Notes under the pieces: generated by a model
What the model was told of the DNA's origin: nothing
Database searches by the model: none
What the model saw: the letters and a program-made list of their open reading frames with translations, nothing else
Shown here: in pieces, positions 52,000 through 64,000 of the stretch
Layout of the letters: each line of letters starts with the position of its first letter
Position numbering within the stretch: position 1 is the first letter of the stretch
DNA from: Macrostomum lignano
Lineage: Eukaryota
Assembly: GCA_002269645.1 (NCBI GenBank)
Contig: NIVC01000462.1
Span: forward strand, 401,516 to 465,515
Direction of reading: 5' to 3'
DNA length: 64,000 bases
Translations under genes and position numbers: made by a program

Positions 52000-52745
52000 A
52001 TGGCCACAAGCGTCACCCACGGAGTTGCCGGCGGAGGCGGCGGCGGTGGAGCTGGCGGAGGCGGCCTGATGCCGCTGGACCCGTACGCGATGTACAAGAC
52101 CCAGTTCCCCACCGTGCAGTCGCCGGTGCATCCGTCGATGCCGCTGACACCAACGGGCGGTCCAGCAGCGCCGCCTCAGGCTGGTGGCGCGGGCTTCTAC
52201 AACACTGGAGCTGCCGCGGCCGCTGCAGCTGCGGCAACCTGCGGCTACTACGATAATCCCTGGTCATCCTGGCACACCATGCAGCCGGTGCTGCAGCAGC
52301 AGCAGCAACAACAACACCAGCAACACCAGCAGCAGCGTCAGAAGCACTCTCCAAGTCTCGACTTTGAGATGCAACAGCAGGCGGCGGCTGCGGCAGCGGC
52401 GGCGGCAGCGGCTGCGGCGGCAGCTCACGGGGTGCCCTGCAGCAACAACAACAACAGCGGCAACAACAGCAGCAGCAGTAGCGCATCAGACTACAGGAAC
52501 AACCAGCTTGCAAGTCATCATCAGATGCACTGGTCGCCGTTCCAGCATCACGAGCATCAGCAGGGACTGCATCAGTCGCAGCAGTTGCAGAGCCAGCAGC
52601 AGCAGCAGCAGCAGCAGCATGTTGCAATGCTCTCTAGCGGATGGTACCGCGGCGTTGAAGGCGGCCTGCCCATGGCGTCGTCACCGGAGCTGCACCAGGA
52701 CTCTGTACCAGTGCACCTGCAGCATCACAGCCTCCATCATCAACT

Positions 52746-52779
<34 letters not shown>

Positions 52780-53706
52780 CTCATGGGTCAAGCTATGCCA
52801 GATATCCCTGCAGCGGGACAGCCGCAGATGCAGCAGCAGCAGCAGCAGCCGGAGATGCCCGAGCCAGGAGAAGCCCCCAGCTCGGACGACCTCGAGCAGT
52901 TCGCCAAGATGTTCAAACAGCGCCGGATCAAACTGGGCTACACACAGGCCGACGTTGGCCTGGCGCTCGGCACCCTGTACGGCAACGTGTTCAGCCAGAC
53001 CACCATCTGCCGCTTTGAGGCGCTGCAGCTGTCCTTCAAGAACATGTGCAAGCTGAAGCCTCTGCTCAGCAAGTGGCTTGAAGAGGCCGACAGTTCCACC
53101 GGCTCGCCAACCAATCTGGACAAAATCGCGGCCCAAGGCCGAAAGCGGAAGAAGCGGACGAGCATCGAGCTGAGCACGAAGGGCGCTCTGGAGAGCCACT
53201 TCAGCCAGCACCAGAAGCCGGCGGCGCAGGAGATCACGCAGCTGGCGGACACCCTCGGCCTCGAGAAGGAGGTCGTCCGCGTCTGGTTCTGCAACCGGCG
53301 CCAGAAGGAGAAGCGAATGACGCCGCCGAACAATCTACCGCAGGGCTGCTCGGGCAAGAGAGCCAAGGGCCAGTCGTCAAGGACGCGACACTCCTCGTCG
53401 GACTCCGGCAACAGCAACGTGAGCTCGGCTGACGATGCGTCCTGCGACCAGGACGATTCTATAGTGATGCAGCAGATCCAGCATCTGCACCAGATGCCGC
53501 AGCAGCAGCAGCAGCTTCATCACCAGCAGCACCTGGCTGCAGTCTCCGAGCACCATCACCTGCAGCAGCAGCAGCATCACCAGATGTCCTCCTACTCGGG
53601 CGTCCCCGCTGTCTCCTCCTACACGGCCGCTCTGTACGGCGCGGAGCCGCCCCAGCAACCAGCCCAGCAACCGACCTCGCCAGAAGGAGTGAAATGTGAG
53701 CCGTGA
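52000..53706 (+). CDS. pou3f: Class III POU-domain transcription factor (Brn1/2/4, Oct6, vvl family), intronless, 568 aa
   Basis: POU-specific domain [63 protein letters not shown], class III linker [26 protein letters not shown], homeodomain ending [16 protein letters not shown]. Confidence 0.97.
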
Positions 53707-53843
53707 AAATCTGCATGCACTCTCGCTGAGCTGAGCGATTCTAAAATCCACCCTAGAATTCTAGAATCCACCCGATTCTAAAGCTGCCCATTCCGAAATA
53801 GCATATAGAATATTGCACAATCCTTGGTACGTATGCATCTATA

Positions 53844-53854
53844 AATAAAATAAA
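53844..53854 (+). terminator. Overlapping AATAAA polyadenylation signals of POU3
   Basis: AATAAAATAAA about 140 nt after the stop codon. Confidence 0.5.
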
Positions 53855-54499
53855 TATTATATATTATTCGTGTTTACTTGTCTCTTGTCCATGCAGTATT
53901 CAACATGCTAAAAATATTGTTAATTAATATTAACACCGCACCGCACAAACACAACAAAAAGACTAATATGTTGTCAGTGATGCTATGATTTATTCAATAA
54001 TTTGTGCATTAATCATAAATATTAGCATCAGCGAATGCCTTGATGAAGACAACCTCTGTTTGCTTTCAAAAGAGCTAAAATATATCTGAGAAAATAGTTT
54101 GCCAGGTCCCAAGTTGCTTGTCATTATTAAATTCTTGCAAGTGAAATTCATAGCGGTCGGACTTGGTTGTTTAGTAAAATACACTCATATTACTATGCAT
54201 ATGATCTGTAGTTGTATATGATATTTGCAATGATAGCTATGATTCTTGTTCTGTGTAATGTGTTCATATATGCTTTGCTATCTGATTAAAACTGTAACCG
54301 TATAAATATAAAAATACTAAATAAATATAAGCTATAAAAATCATAATCTGACAACTCTGTCAACAACTGTTGTTATAATGTGAACAAAAAATTAAATTGC
54401 ATTCATTTTCTCGCTTTTAAAATCTTAAAATGCTCAGTGCAATGTGAAATTAAAGCAAATACAATTGTTGCAGATTAATAGAGCACACTCAAGCACAGC

Positions 54500-55980
54500 C
54501 ATAGATGGAGTGACACATACAGAGTGATACAAACACAGCTAGACACAGAGTGACACAAAACACAGCTAGAGACAGAGTGATGCAAACACAGCTAGAGACA
54601 GAGTGATGCAAACACAGCTAGAGACAGAGTGGTGCAAACACAGCTAGAGACAGAGTGACACAAACACAACTACAGAGTGACACAAACACAGCTAGAGACA
54701 GAGTGACACAAACACAACTACAGAGTGACACAAACACAGCTAGAGACAGAGTGACACAAACACAGCTAGAGACAGAGTGACACAAACACAACTAGAGACA
54801 GAGTGACACAAACACAGCTAGAGACAGAGTGACACAAACACAACTAGAGACAGAGTGACACAAACACAGCTAGAGACAGAGTGACACAAACACAGCTAGA
54901 GACAGAGTGACACAAACACAGCTAGAGACAGAGTGACACAAACACAACTAGAGACAGAGTGACACAAACACAACTAGAGACAGAGTGAAACAAACACAGC
55001 TAGACAGAGTGACACAAACACAACTAGAGACAGGGTGACACAGACACAGCTAGAGACAGAGTGACACAAACACAGCTAGAGACAGGGTGACACAAACACA
55101 GCTAGAGACAGAGTGACACAAACACAACTAGAGACAGGGTGACACAAACACAGCTAGAGACAGGGAGACACAAACACAGCTAGAGACAGAGTGACACAAA
55201 CACAGCTAGAGACAGAGTGACGCAAACACAACTAGAGACAGGGTGACACAAACACAGCTAGAGAGTGACACAAACACAGCTAGACAGAGTGACACAAACA
55301 CAGCTAGAGACAGAGTGACACAAACACAGCTAGAGGGTGACACAAACACAGCTAGACAGAGTGACACAAACACAGCTAGAGACAGAGTGACACAAACACA
55401 GCTAGAGATAGAGTGACACAAACACAGCTAGAGACAGAGTGACACAAACACAGCTAGAGACAGAGTGACACAAACACAGCTAGAGATAGAGTGACACAAA
55501 CACAGCTAGAGACAGAGTGACACAAACACAGCTAGAGGGTGACACAAACACAGCTAGACAGAGTGACACAAACACAGCTAGAGGGTGACACAAACACAGC
55601 TAGACAGAGTGACACAAACACAGCTAGAGACAGAGTGACACAAACACAGCTATACACAGAGTGACACAAACACAACTAGAGACAGAGTGACACAAACACA
55701 GCTAGAGACAGAGTGACACAAACACAGCTAGAGACAGAGTGACACAAACACGGCTAGAGACAGAGTGACACAAACACAGCTAGAGGCAGAGTGACACAAA
55801 CACAGCTAGAGACAGAGTGACACAAACACAACTAGAGACAGGGTGACACAAACACAGCTAGAGACAGAGTGACACAAACACAGCTAGACAGAGTGACACA
55901 AACACAGCTAGAGACAGGGTGACATAGACACAGCTAGACAGAGTGACACAAACATAGCTAGAGACAGAGTGACACAACAT
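54500..55980. repeat. 26-bp minisatellite (GACAGAGTGACACAAACACAGCTAGA)n
   Basis: Read directly. Confidence 0.95.
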
Positions 55981-57169
55981 AAGGAATAAACTTTCAGATT
56001 AATAAGTAAGCATCGCATCAGCGCCACTAGAGAGAATAGTTTCACAGCTCAAAGCTATAGTATAAATCTCTATTCTACATTGCAATTATGACTGTCCACT
56101 TCGAGTACCGCTGCACCAAAAGATTTTATGGTTAAGCAACGAAGCGTTTTGTGCATTTCACTCATTTCAAATGCCTCTGCGGAGGTGAGGTGGTTGCTTG
56201 GTCAAGAAAGCTCAAAAGCGGTGCATCATTGAAGCCCCATCAGGCAACACAAGCCTTAATTAGCTAGTTAAGTGGCAATAATGTTGGAGCCCACGTGGAC
56301 GACAATTACAAAAAAGTGACTGCAGAGGTTTGCTGCGGCATTGTGCAGGTATTTCGCACCTACCGCGCCATTTCCTATTTATGCCAGTGTGCCAAACAAT
56401 TTTTCTAAGGTTTTAACCTTCCATGGACCTCCGATGTAGACCTGGTCTGGGACTGGGAGTCACATTTGCTTGCAGATTGTTGAATGAACTTAACAAATTA
56501 ATGACTTTAGTAACCTTCTGATTTAATTTTACACTTTGATATGCATTTTGAACTTCAATATTAAACTAAGCAAAATGATCACAGTTACCAGGTGGATATT
56601 GGCTGATTTTCAGTTGCCTCTGAGGGTCAAGGCAGGTCACCTGACCTCCATCTTACCAAGGTTGCTCAAAACTGAGCTCAGATTTTTTAACGCGGAAGGT
56701 GTTTCAGGTCCAGTCTACTCAAAGAGTCCTTGGCGCTTTGAAAATGGAGTGTCAACAAGCAGACAGAGTTTTGTACATAAATACAATAGAAGTGGACGAG
56801 AGGTGTTTTATTGCAGACACTGTTAATTCTAGACTCAGGCAGCCTCGGACTGCTCAGGATTAAACAATGAAATGTGGCTTTGTAATAATTCTATCGTTTT
56901 CATATCTTCTTTTTCAAATAAAAGTTACCAGCTATAAAGAATAGAAAAAAAGCTGCCTGAGAAAGCAGAAAATTTATTAGCAACAAGTCCAAGCAACTTG
57001 AGTCAGCAACTTTAGTTTTGTAGCACTAATGTAAGTTAAGATGATGGGGGCCGGCCGGGCTCAAGCTTTGGCAAAGTGTACTTTGCTGAGAGCAGCAAAC
57101 ACAGTGACAAGTTAAGTGAAAATACGAGTGAAAAGTATGGTAATGTGACAAGGAGAATAAAAAATGGCA

Positions 57170-57670
57170 AGGAGAGTGACAAGGAGAGTGACAAGAAGAG
57201 TGACAAGGAGAGTAACAAGGAGAGTTAAAAGGAGAATGCCAAGGAGAGTGACAAGGAGAGTGGCAAGGAGAGTGACAAGGAGAGTGACAAGGAGATTGAC
57301 AAGGAGAGTGACAATGAGAATGCCAAGGAGAGTGACAAGGAGAGTGACAAGGAGAGTGACAAAGAGAGTGACAAGGAGAGTGACAAGGAGAATGACAAGG
57401 AGAGTGACAATGAGACTGACAAGGAGAGTGACAAGCTGAGAGTGCCAAGGAGAGTGACAAGGAGAGTGACAAGGAGAGTGACAAGGAGAATGACAAGGAG
57501 AGTGACAATGAGACTGACAAGGAGAGTGACAAGCTGAGAGTGCCAAGGAGAGTGACAAGGAGAGTTACAAGGAGAGTGACAAGATGAGTGACAAGGAGAC
57601 TGACAGGGAGAGTGGCAAGTAGAGTGACAAGGAGAGTGACAAGGAGAGTGACAATGAGAGTGACAAGGAA
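57170..57670. repeat. 12-bp minisatellite (GGAGAGTGACAA)n
   Basis: Read directly; a short related patch lies at ~58580-58625. Confidence 0.93.
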
Positions 57671-59214
57671 AGCGGCGGCAGACGGAGAGTGAAGATACAG
57701 AGACGGATGCACGGCACACGAAGTGACAGGACAACTGTATTTGAGCATTATATCAGCAGCTCAGCATTGTATCAGTGTCCGCTCCTGTCGCAGCAGGGGG
57801 GAGAAGAGAGGTGCAGCAGACGAGGGCGGGGCGATGTGATGAAGCAGCTCGGCGGGGAGGCTGAGCCGCGCCACGCGCAGTCTCCAGCTTTCGCATAACG
57901 AAGTTTCAACACTGCCGAACTGCATGCAGTCCCGGAATTCCCCCCCCCCAGTTCAATTCTCTGCATTGAAATTGAAAATCCCATGAGAGAAGGAGGGAGA
58001 GGAGGCTGCGCAGACTCCCTGGGATCATTGGCAGTTGCATCATCGCCAACATCGAGGCTGCATCGCCTATCCAGAGGGGAGGCAATTAGGAGACTCCAGC
58101 GCCTACCATCTCTGCTCTCTGCTCTGTCAGCGACCCACCCCTTCCAGCTGGTCGCAGACTTGGCCAAGGGACTCTCAGTCAGTCAGCCTTCCTAAGTTTG
58201 CGGTGACGCAACAAACAATGCTTTGCGTTTTGTTTTGCGCGCAAATCTGCATTCGTGCGCTCGCGGCAGTCCAACACGAGTCTTGCCTGTCTGCAGCTTG
58301 GGGTCAAATTACTGACCAAGTTGTAGGGACAGTCGCGTAAGCATGAAAGTTATCCCAAGCTTTGAAACCATTGCGACCTTTCTCGTGTCCAGCTGGTGGT
58401 GGGTGATATTGGTGAATTTTTGATACAAACTTGACACCACATGCAGCTCCTGGATGCAGCTGGTGCAAAATAAGAGCGTATTCAATCGATTGGCTTGCAA
58501 TTCTGCCTGCTTTAACCTTATCGAGTTGTAGACATCAAAATCGAGATTGGAAACAACAGAGCTAAAAGAGCTTGATATGAGTGACAAGAGAGTGACGAGA
58601 GAGTGAGAGTGACAAGGGAGTGAAAATAGTGATTAGAAAGAAAGTGACAGAGGGCGAAGAGGCTCGCCAACGGAGGAATTAGTCGAAATTCCAATCCTCT
58701 TCTGACTTGCCGATCCCAAAAAAGGTAAAATAAGAAATCGTTCAAGTTTCCTGACGCAGAGGCTACAGCGGATTAGGTTGGGGATCAATTAATCACAATG
58801 CAGACAGGGATGATTTGACGCAAGACTGCTCAGCTGAGCACACAGCAACAGACTTAGCTGCGGTCCCTGCGGGGGTCTCGCCTCCTTCCACTGTCACAGG
58901 AACTGCAGGAAAGTAAATGAGGCAGGCAACTCCTGCAAACTCGGACAGAAACTCAGACTCTCAATCAGAGTGACAGTGCTGACTGAGCACATCTGTCCGG
59001 AGCTGTGACAGCTTGCGAGATGTTCAACTGTACCAAAGTTTTTGAAGCAAATCTGTCTGTCTGTTTCGGGTCGCCGGTTCACGACTGAGACCAGCTGAGA
59101 TCTCGATTGGGGATTTTTTTGGGGTGAATATAGGATTGGGGAAATTCGAATGGGAATGTTGGGATTAAAATTTGGGGAAATTTCACAGAGACAGAGAAAT
59201 GGTAGAGTGGAGAG

Positions 59215-61490
59215 AGAGAGGGAATGCCAAAATGAGAAAGGGAATGGCAAAGTGAGAGAGGGAATGGCAGAGTGAGAGAGAGAAAGGCAGAGTGAGAGAA
59301 GGAATGGCAGTGAGAGAGAGGGAATGGAAGCGTGAGAGAGAGAAAGGCAGAGTGAGAGAGGGAATGGCAGAGTGAGAGAGAGAAAGGCAGAGTGAGAGAG
59401 GGAATGGCAGTGAGAGAGAGGAATGGCAGAGTGAGAGAGGGAATGGCAGAGTGAGAGAGGGAACGGCAGAGTGAGAGAGGGGATGGCAGAGTGAGAGAGG
59501 GAACGGCAGAGTGAGAGAGGGGATGGCAGAGTGAGAGAGGGGATGGCAGAGTGAGAGAGGGAATGGCAGAGTGAGAGAGGGAATGGCAGAGTGAGAGAGG
59601 GAACGGCAGAGTGAGAGAGGGAATGGCAGAGTGAGAGAGCGAACGGCAGAGTGAGAGAGGGATGGCAGAGTGAGAGAGGGAATGGCAGAGTGAGAGAGGG
59701 AACGGCAGAGTGAGAGAGGGGATGGCAGAGTGAGAGAGGGAACGGCAGAGTGAGAGAGGGAATGGCAGAGTGAGAGAGGGGATGGCAGAGTGAGAGAGGG
59801 AATGGCAGAGTGAGAGAGGGAACGGCAGAGTGAGAGAGGGAATGGCAGAGTGAGAGAGGGAACGGCAGAGTGAGAGAGGGAATGGCAGAGTGAGAGAGGG
59901 AACGGCAGAGTGAGAGAGGGAATGGCAGAGTGAGAGAGGGGATGGCAGAGTGAGAGAGGGGATGGCAGAGTGAGAGAGGGAATGGCAGAGTGAGAGAGGG
60001 AATGGCAGAGTGAGAGAGGGAACGGCAGAGTGAGAGAGGGATGGCAGAGTGAGAGAGGGAATGGCAGAGTGAGAGAGGGAACGGCAGAGTGAGAGAGGGA
60101 ATGGCAGAGTGAGAGAGGGAACGGCAGAGTGAGAGAGGGGATGGCAGAGTGAGAGAGGGATGGCAGAGTGAGAGAGGGGATGGCAGAGTGAGAGAGGGGA
60201 TGGCAGAGTGAGAGAGGGAATGGCAGAGTGAGAGAGGGAACGGCAGAGTGAGAGAGGGGATGGCAGAGTGAGAGAGGGAACGGCAGAGTGAGAGAGGGAA
60301 CGGCAGAGTGAGAGAGGGGATGGCAGAGTGAGAGAGGGAACGGCAGAGTGAGAGAGGGGATGGCAGAGTGAGAGAGGGAACGGCAGAGTGAGAGAGGGGA
60401 TGGCAGAGTGAGAGAGGGAATGGCAGAGTGAGAGAGGGAATGGCAGAGTGAGAGAGGGAACGGCAGAGTGAGAGAGGGGATGGCAGAGTGAGAGAGGGAA
60501 TGGCAGAGTGAGAGAGGGATGGCAGAGTGAGAGAGGGGATGGCAGAGTGAGAGAGGGAACGGCAGAGTGAGAGAGGGGATGGCAGAGTGAGAGAGGGAAC
60601 GGCAGAGTGAGAGAGGGGATGGCAGAGTGAGAGAATGAATGGCAGATTGCGAGAATGAATGGCAGAGTGAGAGAGGGAATGGCAGAGTGAGAGAGGGAAT
60701 GGCAGAGTGAGAGAGGGAACGGCAGAGTGAGAGAGGGGATGGCAGAGTGAGAGAGGGGATGGCAGAGTGAGAGAGGGGATGGCAGAGTGAGAGAGGGGAT
60801 GGCAGAGTGAGAGAGGGAATGGCAGAGTGAGAGAGGGGATGGCAGAGTGAGAGAGGGGATGGCAGAGTGAGAGAGGGGATGGCAGAGTGAGAGAGGGAAT
60901 GGCAGAGTGAGAGAGGGGATGGCAGAGTGAGCGAGGGAACGGCAGAGTGAGAGAGGGAACGGCAGAGTGAGAGAGGGATGGCAGAGTGAGAGAGGGAACG
61001 GCAGAGTGAGAGAGGGGATGGCAGAGTGAGAGAGGGAATGGCAGAGTGAGAGAGGGGATGGCAGAGTGAGAGAGGGAACGGCAGAGTGAGAGAGGGAATG
61101 GCAGAGTGAGAGAGGGAACGGCAGAGTGAGAGAGGGGATGGCAGAGTGAGAGAGGGGATGGCAGAGTGAGAGAGGGGATGGCAGAGTGAGAGAATGAATG
61201 GCAGATTGAGAGAATGAATGGCAGATTGAGAGAATGAATGGCAGATTGAGAGAATGAATGGCAGATTGAGAGAATGAATGGCAGAGTGGAAGAGAGGGAG
61301 AGGAATGGCAGTGAGAGAGAGGGAATGGCAGTGTGAGAGGGAATGGCAGTGAGAGAGAGGGAATGGCAGTGAGAGAGAGGGAATGGCAGTGTGAGAGGGA
61401 ATGGCAGTGAGAGAGAGGGAATGGCAGTGTGAGAGGGAATGGCAGTGAGAGAGAGGGAATGGCAGTGAGAGAGCGAAGGAATGTCAGAGT
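59215..61490. repeat. 20-bp minisatellite (GGCAGAGTGAGAGAGGGAAT)n
   Basis: Read directly. Confidence 0.97.
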
Positions 61491-62449
61491 GGAAGAGAAC
61501 AAGAATTCAACATAGAAGAATATTATCGCCAGGCGCTAAATTCACCCAGTCAATCATTGACACGAAGATCTATCAAGGCTTCTGAGAAGGCCATAAATTT
61601 TCATAATGCCTTATAAAAGCAGTTTTTTTCTGATTTGACTTTCCCAGCCAGACCAAGCCCAAGACGAAAAAAAACAAACAATCAAACAAAAGAACAAAAA
61701 ACTGTTTCCAATTTTTCGTCAGATAGTCAGTCGGTCAGGATATGGGTCTCATAAGGCTGGCACTCAGCACCACACGGTCCAACCAATCAATCAAAATACT
61801 TTGAGCAGCATGCAGTTCTGCATGCCCGGCAGATCAATGAAAATCAATCTCAACTCAGTGCTTGTAGAAGATGGCCGCCCGCCCTTCTCCGACTGCTAGC
61901 TTCTCAATAATATCCCAAACTAATTATATCCCAGAGCTGGGGAGAACTTCCCTTCAATATCGCCATGAGTTGAGAGAGATATTCTATTCTCAGCTTTATC
62001 TCAATCTCCATAGTGCTCAGCACCAACGCCCCAACTCTCAGACAGTGTGAATCGTAATCAGGTGCCTTGCGACTCTCCAGTCTCCTGCTCTCATTATCAT
62101 GCTCAGCGCCTCAGGGTTTGAGTCTGGTCCGAGGACCGATCAAAACCAGCCCTGAGGCTGATGGGGGCTGCTGCTGATACTTGAGAGACACTTAACTTCT
62201 CATTATCACCGTGTGACGCGTTCAAGCAATGCGCAGTTGGTGTCTTACCAGACAGGCTCAAACCGAACTCTGAGACTTTGAGACAGCAATCGCAGATCTT
62301 TGTTCTCAGCTGGATCTGGCCCAGTTACCTAATTGGCAGTCAGGCCTTGAAGCTGGAAGTGAAGCTAATTGACGCTTACCTTTCGATTTCCAAGAAATTG
62401 CTGGCTTTTGATAACAGTGATTTGGGGAGTTCAGTTATGGGGAGCTGAA

Positions 62450-63245
62450 CTTGGTGTGCAAATGGCGCCAGAGAAAGTGTGCAAATGACGCCAAAAATTG
62501 TGCAAATGGCGCCAGAGAAAGTGTGCAAGTGGCGCCGGATTGGGAAGTGTGCAAGTGGCACCAGAGAAAGTGTGCAAATGGCGCCAGATTAAGAAGTGTG
62601 CAAATGGCGCCAGAGAAAGTGTGCAAGTGGCGCCGGATTGGGAAGTGTGCAAGTGGCGCCAGAGAAAGTGTGGAAATGGCGCCATATTAAGAAGTGTGCA
62701 AGTGGCGCCGGATTGGGAAGTGTGCAAGTGGCGCCAGGGAAAGTGTGAAAATGGCGCCATATTAAGAAGTGTGCAAATGGCGCCGGATTGGGAAGTGTGC
62801 AAGTGTGCAAGTGGCGCCAGACAAAGAGTGCAAATGGCGTCAGAGAAAGTGTGCAAATGGCGCCAGATTAAGAAGTGTGCAAATGGCGCCAGAGGAAGTG
62901 TGCAAGTGGCGCCAAAAATTGTGCAAATGGCGCTTAAGTAAGTGTGAAAATGGAGCCAGATTGGGAAGGATGCAAATAGCGCCAGAGGAAGTGTGCAAAT
63001 GGCACCAGATTGTGCAAATAGCGCCAGGTTGGCAAGTGTGCAAATGGCACCAGAGGAAGTATGCATAAGGCGCCAGAGAAAGTGTGCAAGTGGCGCCAGA
63101 GAAAGTGTGCAAGTGGCGCCAGAGAAAGTGTGCAAGTGGCGCCAGAGAAAGTGTGCAAGTGGCGCCAGAGAAAGTGTGCAAGTGGCGCCAGAGAAAGTGT
63201 GCAAGTGGCGCCAGAGAAAGTGTGCAAGTGGCGCCAGAGATAAAG
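62450..63245. repeat. 23-bp minisatellite (GTGTGCAAGTGGCGCCAGAGAAA)n
   Basis: Read directly. Confidence 0.95.
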
Positions 63246-63967
63246 CAAGTACTGCTGCAACACTGAAGTCACCTGAAGTCGCCATTTTCAAGCTTAGGCC
63301 GGACCTTCTGCAAGGTCCATGCCGCAGTCTCAGTTGCGACTCCTGACTCACCCACAAGCCAGTCTGGTGTGGGGCAGACATTTCTGGGAAACATCGGGCT
63401 GCTCTGCTGCTCACCCATAGTCGGCGACAGAAATTCTAGAAGAGCCAGAGAAGCCAGAGAGACATGCAGGCAGGGACTGGGATGGGAGACTTATAATAGA
63501 ATTATAAGACCCAGAAATTCGATTTAATCTGGCCAGCAAAAAAAAGTTAAGTCGACCGGCAGTCGGTTGGAGGCAGGCCACCCCGACAGCAAAAAAAGTG
63601 AATTTTTTTAAGCTGGACCAACTCAGGGAGGCCAAAATGCCGACTTTGTGGGATGTCCGGCCGCTTCATCTGCAACCTTGGCTGGGGGCTCTGCAGGAGA
63701 CAAAAATAAGCATTTAATTTGTTTAGCTTTTTGCTTTAGTGGCCATGAGCCCACCGGATGGTGTTTTTTGCTTTTTAATAATATTTATTTCATTGATGAA
63801 ATGGAATTTTGATTGCGCAACATATTAGTAAGTCGAGACCAATGCTGTGCTCTCCTCTCTCACTGTCTCCCCCTCTCCCTCTTTAGACGCAAATTTTTGG
63901 CCTGACGAAGAGCCCAGAGGCTTGAAACTGGGTGCCATTTCCTAAATACTAAAGAATTAATACACGT

Positions 63968-64000
63968 GACCTCTCTCTCTCTCTCTCTCTCTCTCTCCTC
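63968..64000. repeat. (CT)n microsatellite at the window edge
   Basis: Read directly. Confidence 0.9.

Noticed and set aside
52013-53751. ORFs antisense or out of frame to POU3
   Set aside because: Shadow ORFs caused by GC- and CAG-rich codons.
54195-54206. MORE-like ATGCATATGATC downstream of POU3
   Set aside because: Imperfect second half-site in very AT-rich DNA; expected by chance.
58309-58587. 92-aa minus-strand ORF as a possible Ack exon
   Set aside because: No similarity to SAM, kinase, SH3 or CRIB motifs that I can recognise, and no clear splice sites.
62450-63245. Near-octamer GTGCAAAT repeated in the downstream 23-bp array
   Set aside because: One mismatch at a key position, present in only some units; a single perfect copy at 62970 is attributable to drift.

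Overview
Eukaryotic (metazoan) genomic DNA, not prokaryotic. By my hand tally about half the window (~32 kb) is roughly 30 different micro/minisatellite arrays separated by unique islands of 0.3-2 kb. This style resembles the tandem-repeat-rich genome of the flatworm Macrostomum, but that is inference only. Three protein-coding loci are recognisable: (1) a complete 3-exon Not homeobox gene on the minus strand (585-7347) with an eh1 motif; (2) an isolated terminal exon of an Ack/TNK2-family kinase gene (Mig6-homology region plus UBA, minus, 14884-~15840), whose kinase exons I could not find in the window; (3) an intronless class III POU gene (plus, 52000-53706). Also present are two tRNA-derived SINE families (one a CORE-SINE, one with a 13-bp TSD), a lone hAT-like terminal repeat, and two foldback-like structures in which inverted satellite arrays flank unique cores. 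Two divergent TATA-plus-splice-donor first exons of unknown products lie at 31.6 and 35.0 kb. The strongest unexplained signal is a cluster of eight perfect octamer (ATGCAAAT) sites confined to the 20 kb upstream of the POU3 gene. Nearly all long ORFs in the supplied track are artefacts of tandem repeats. There is no CRISPR array, rRNA or genuine tRNA gene, and I cannot support a wholly new molecular system from this sequence alone.
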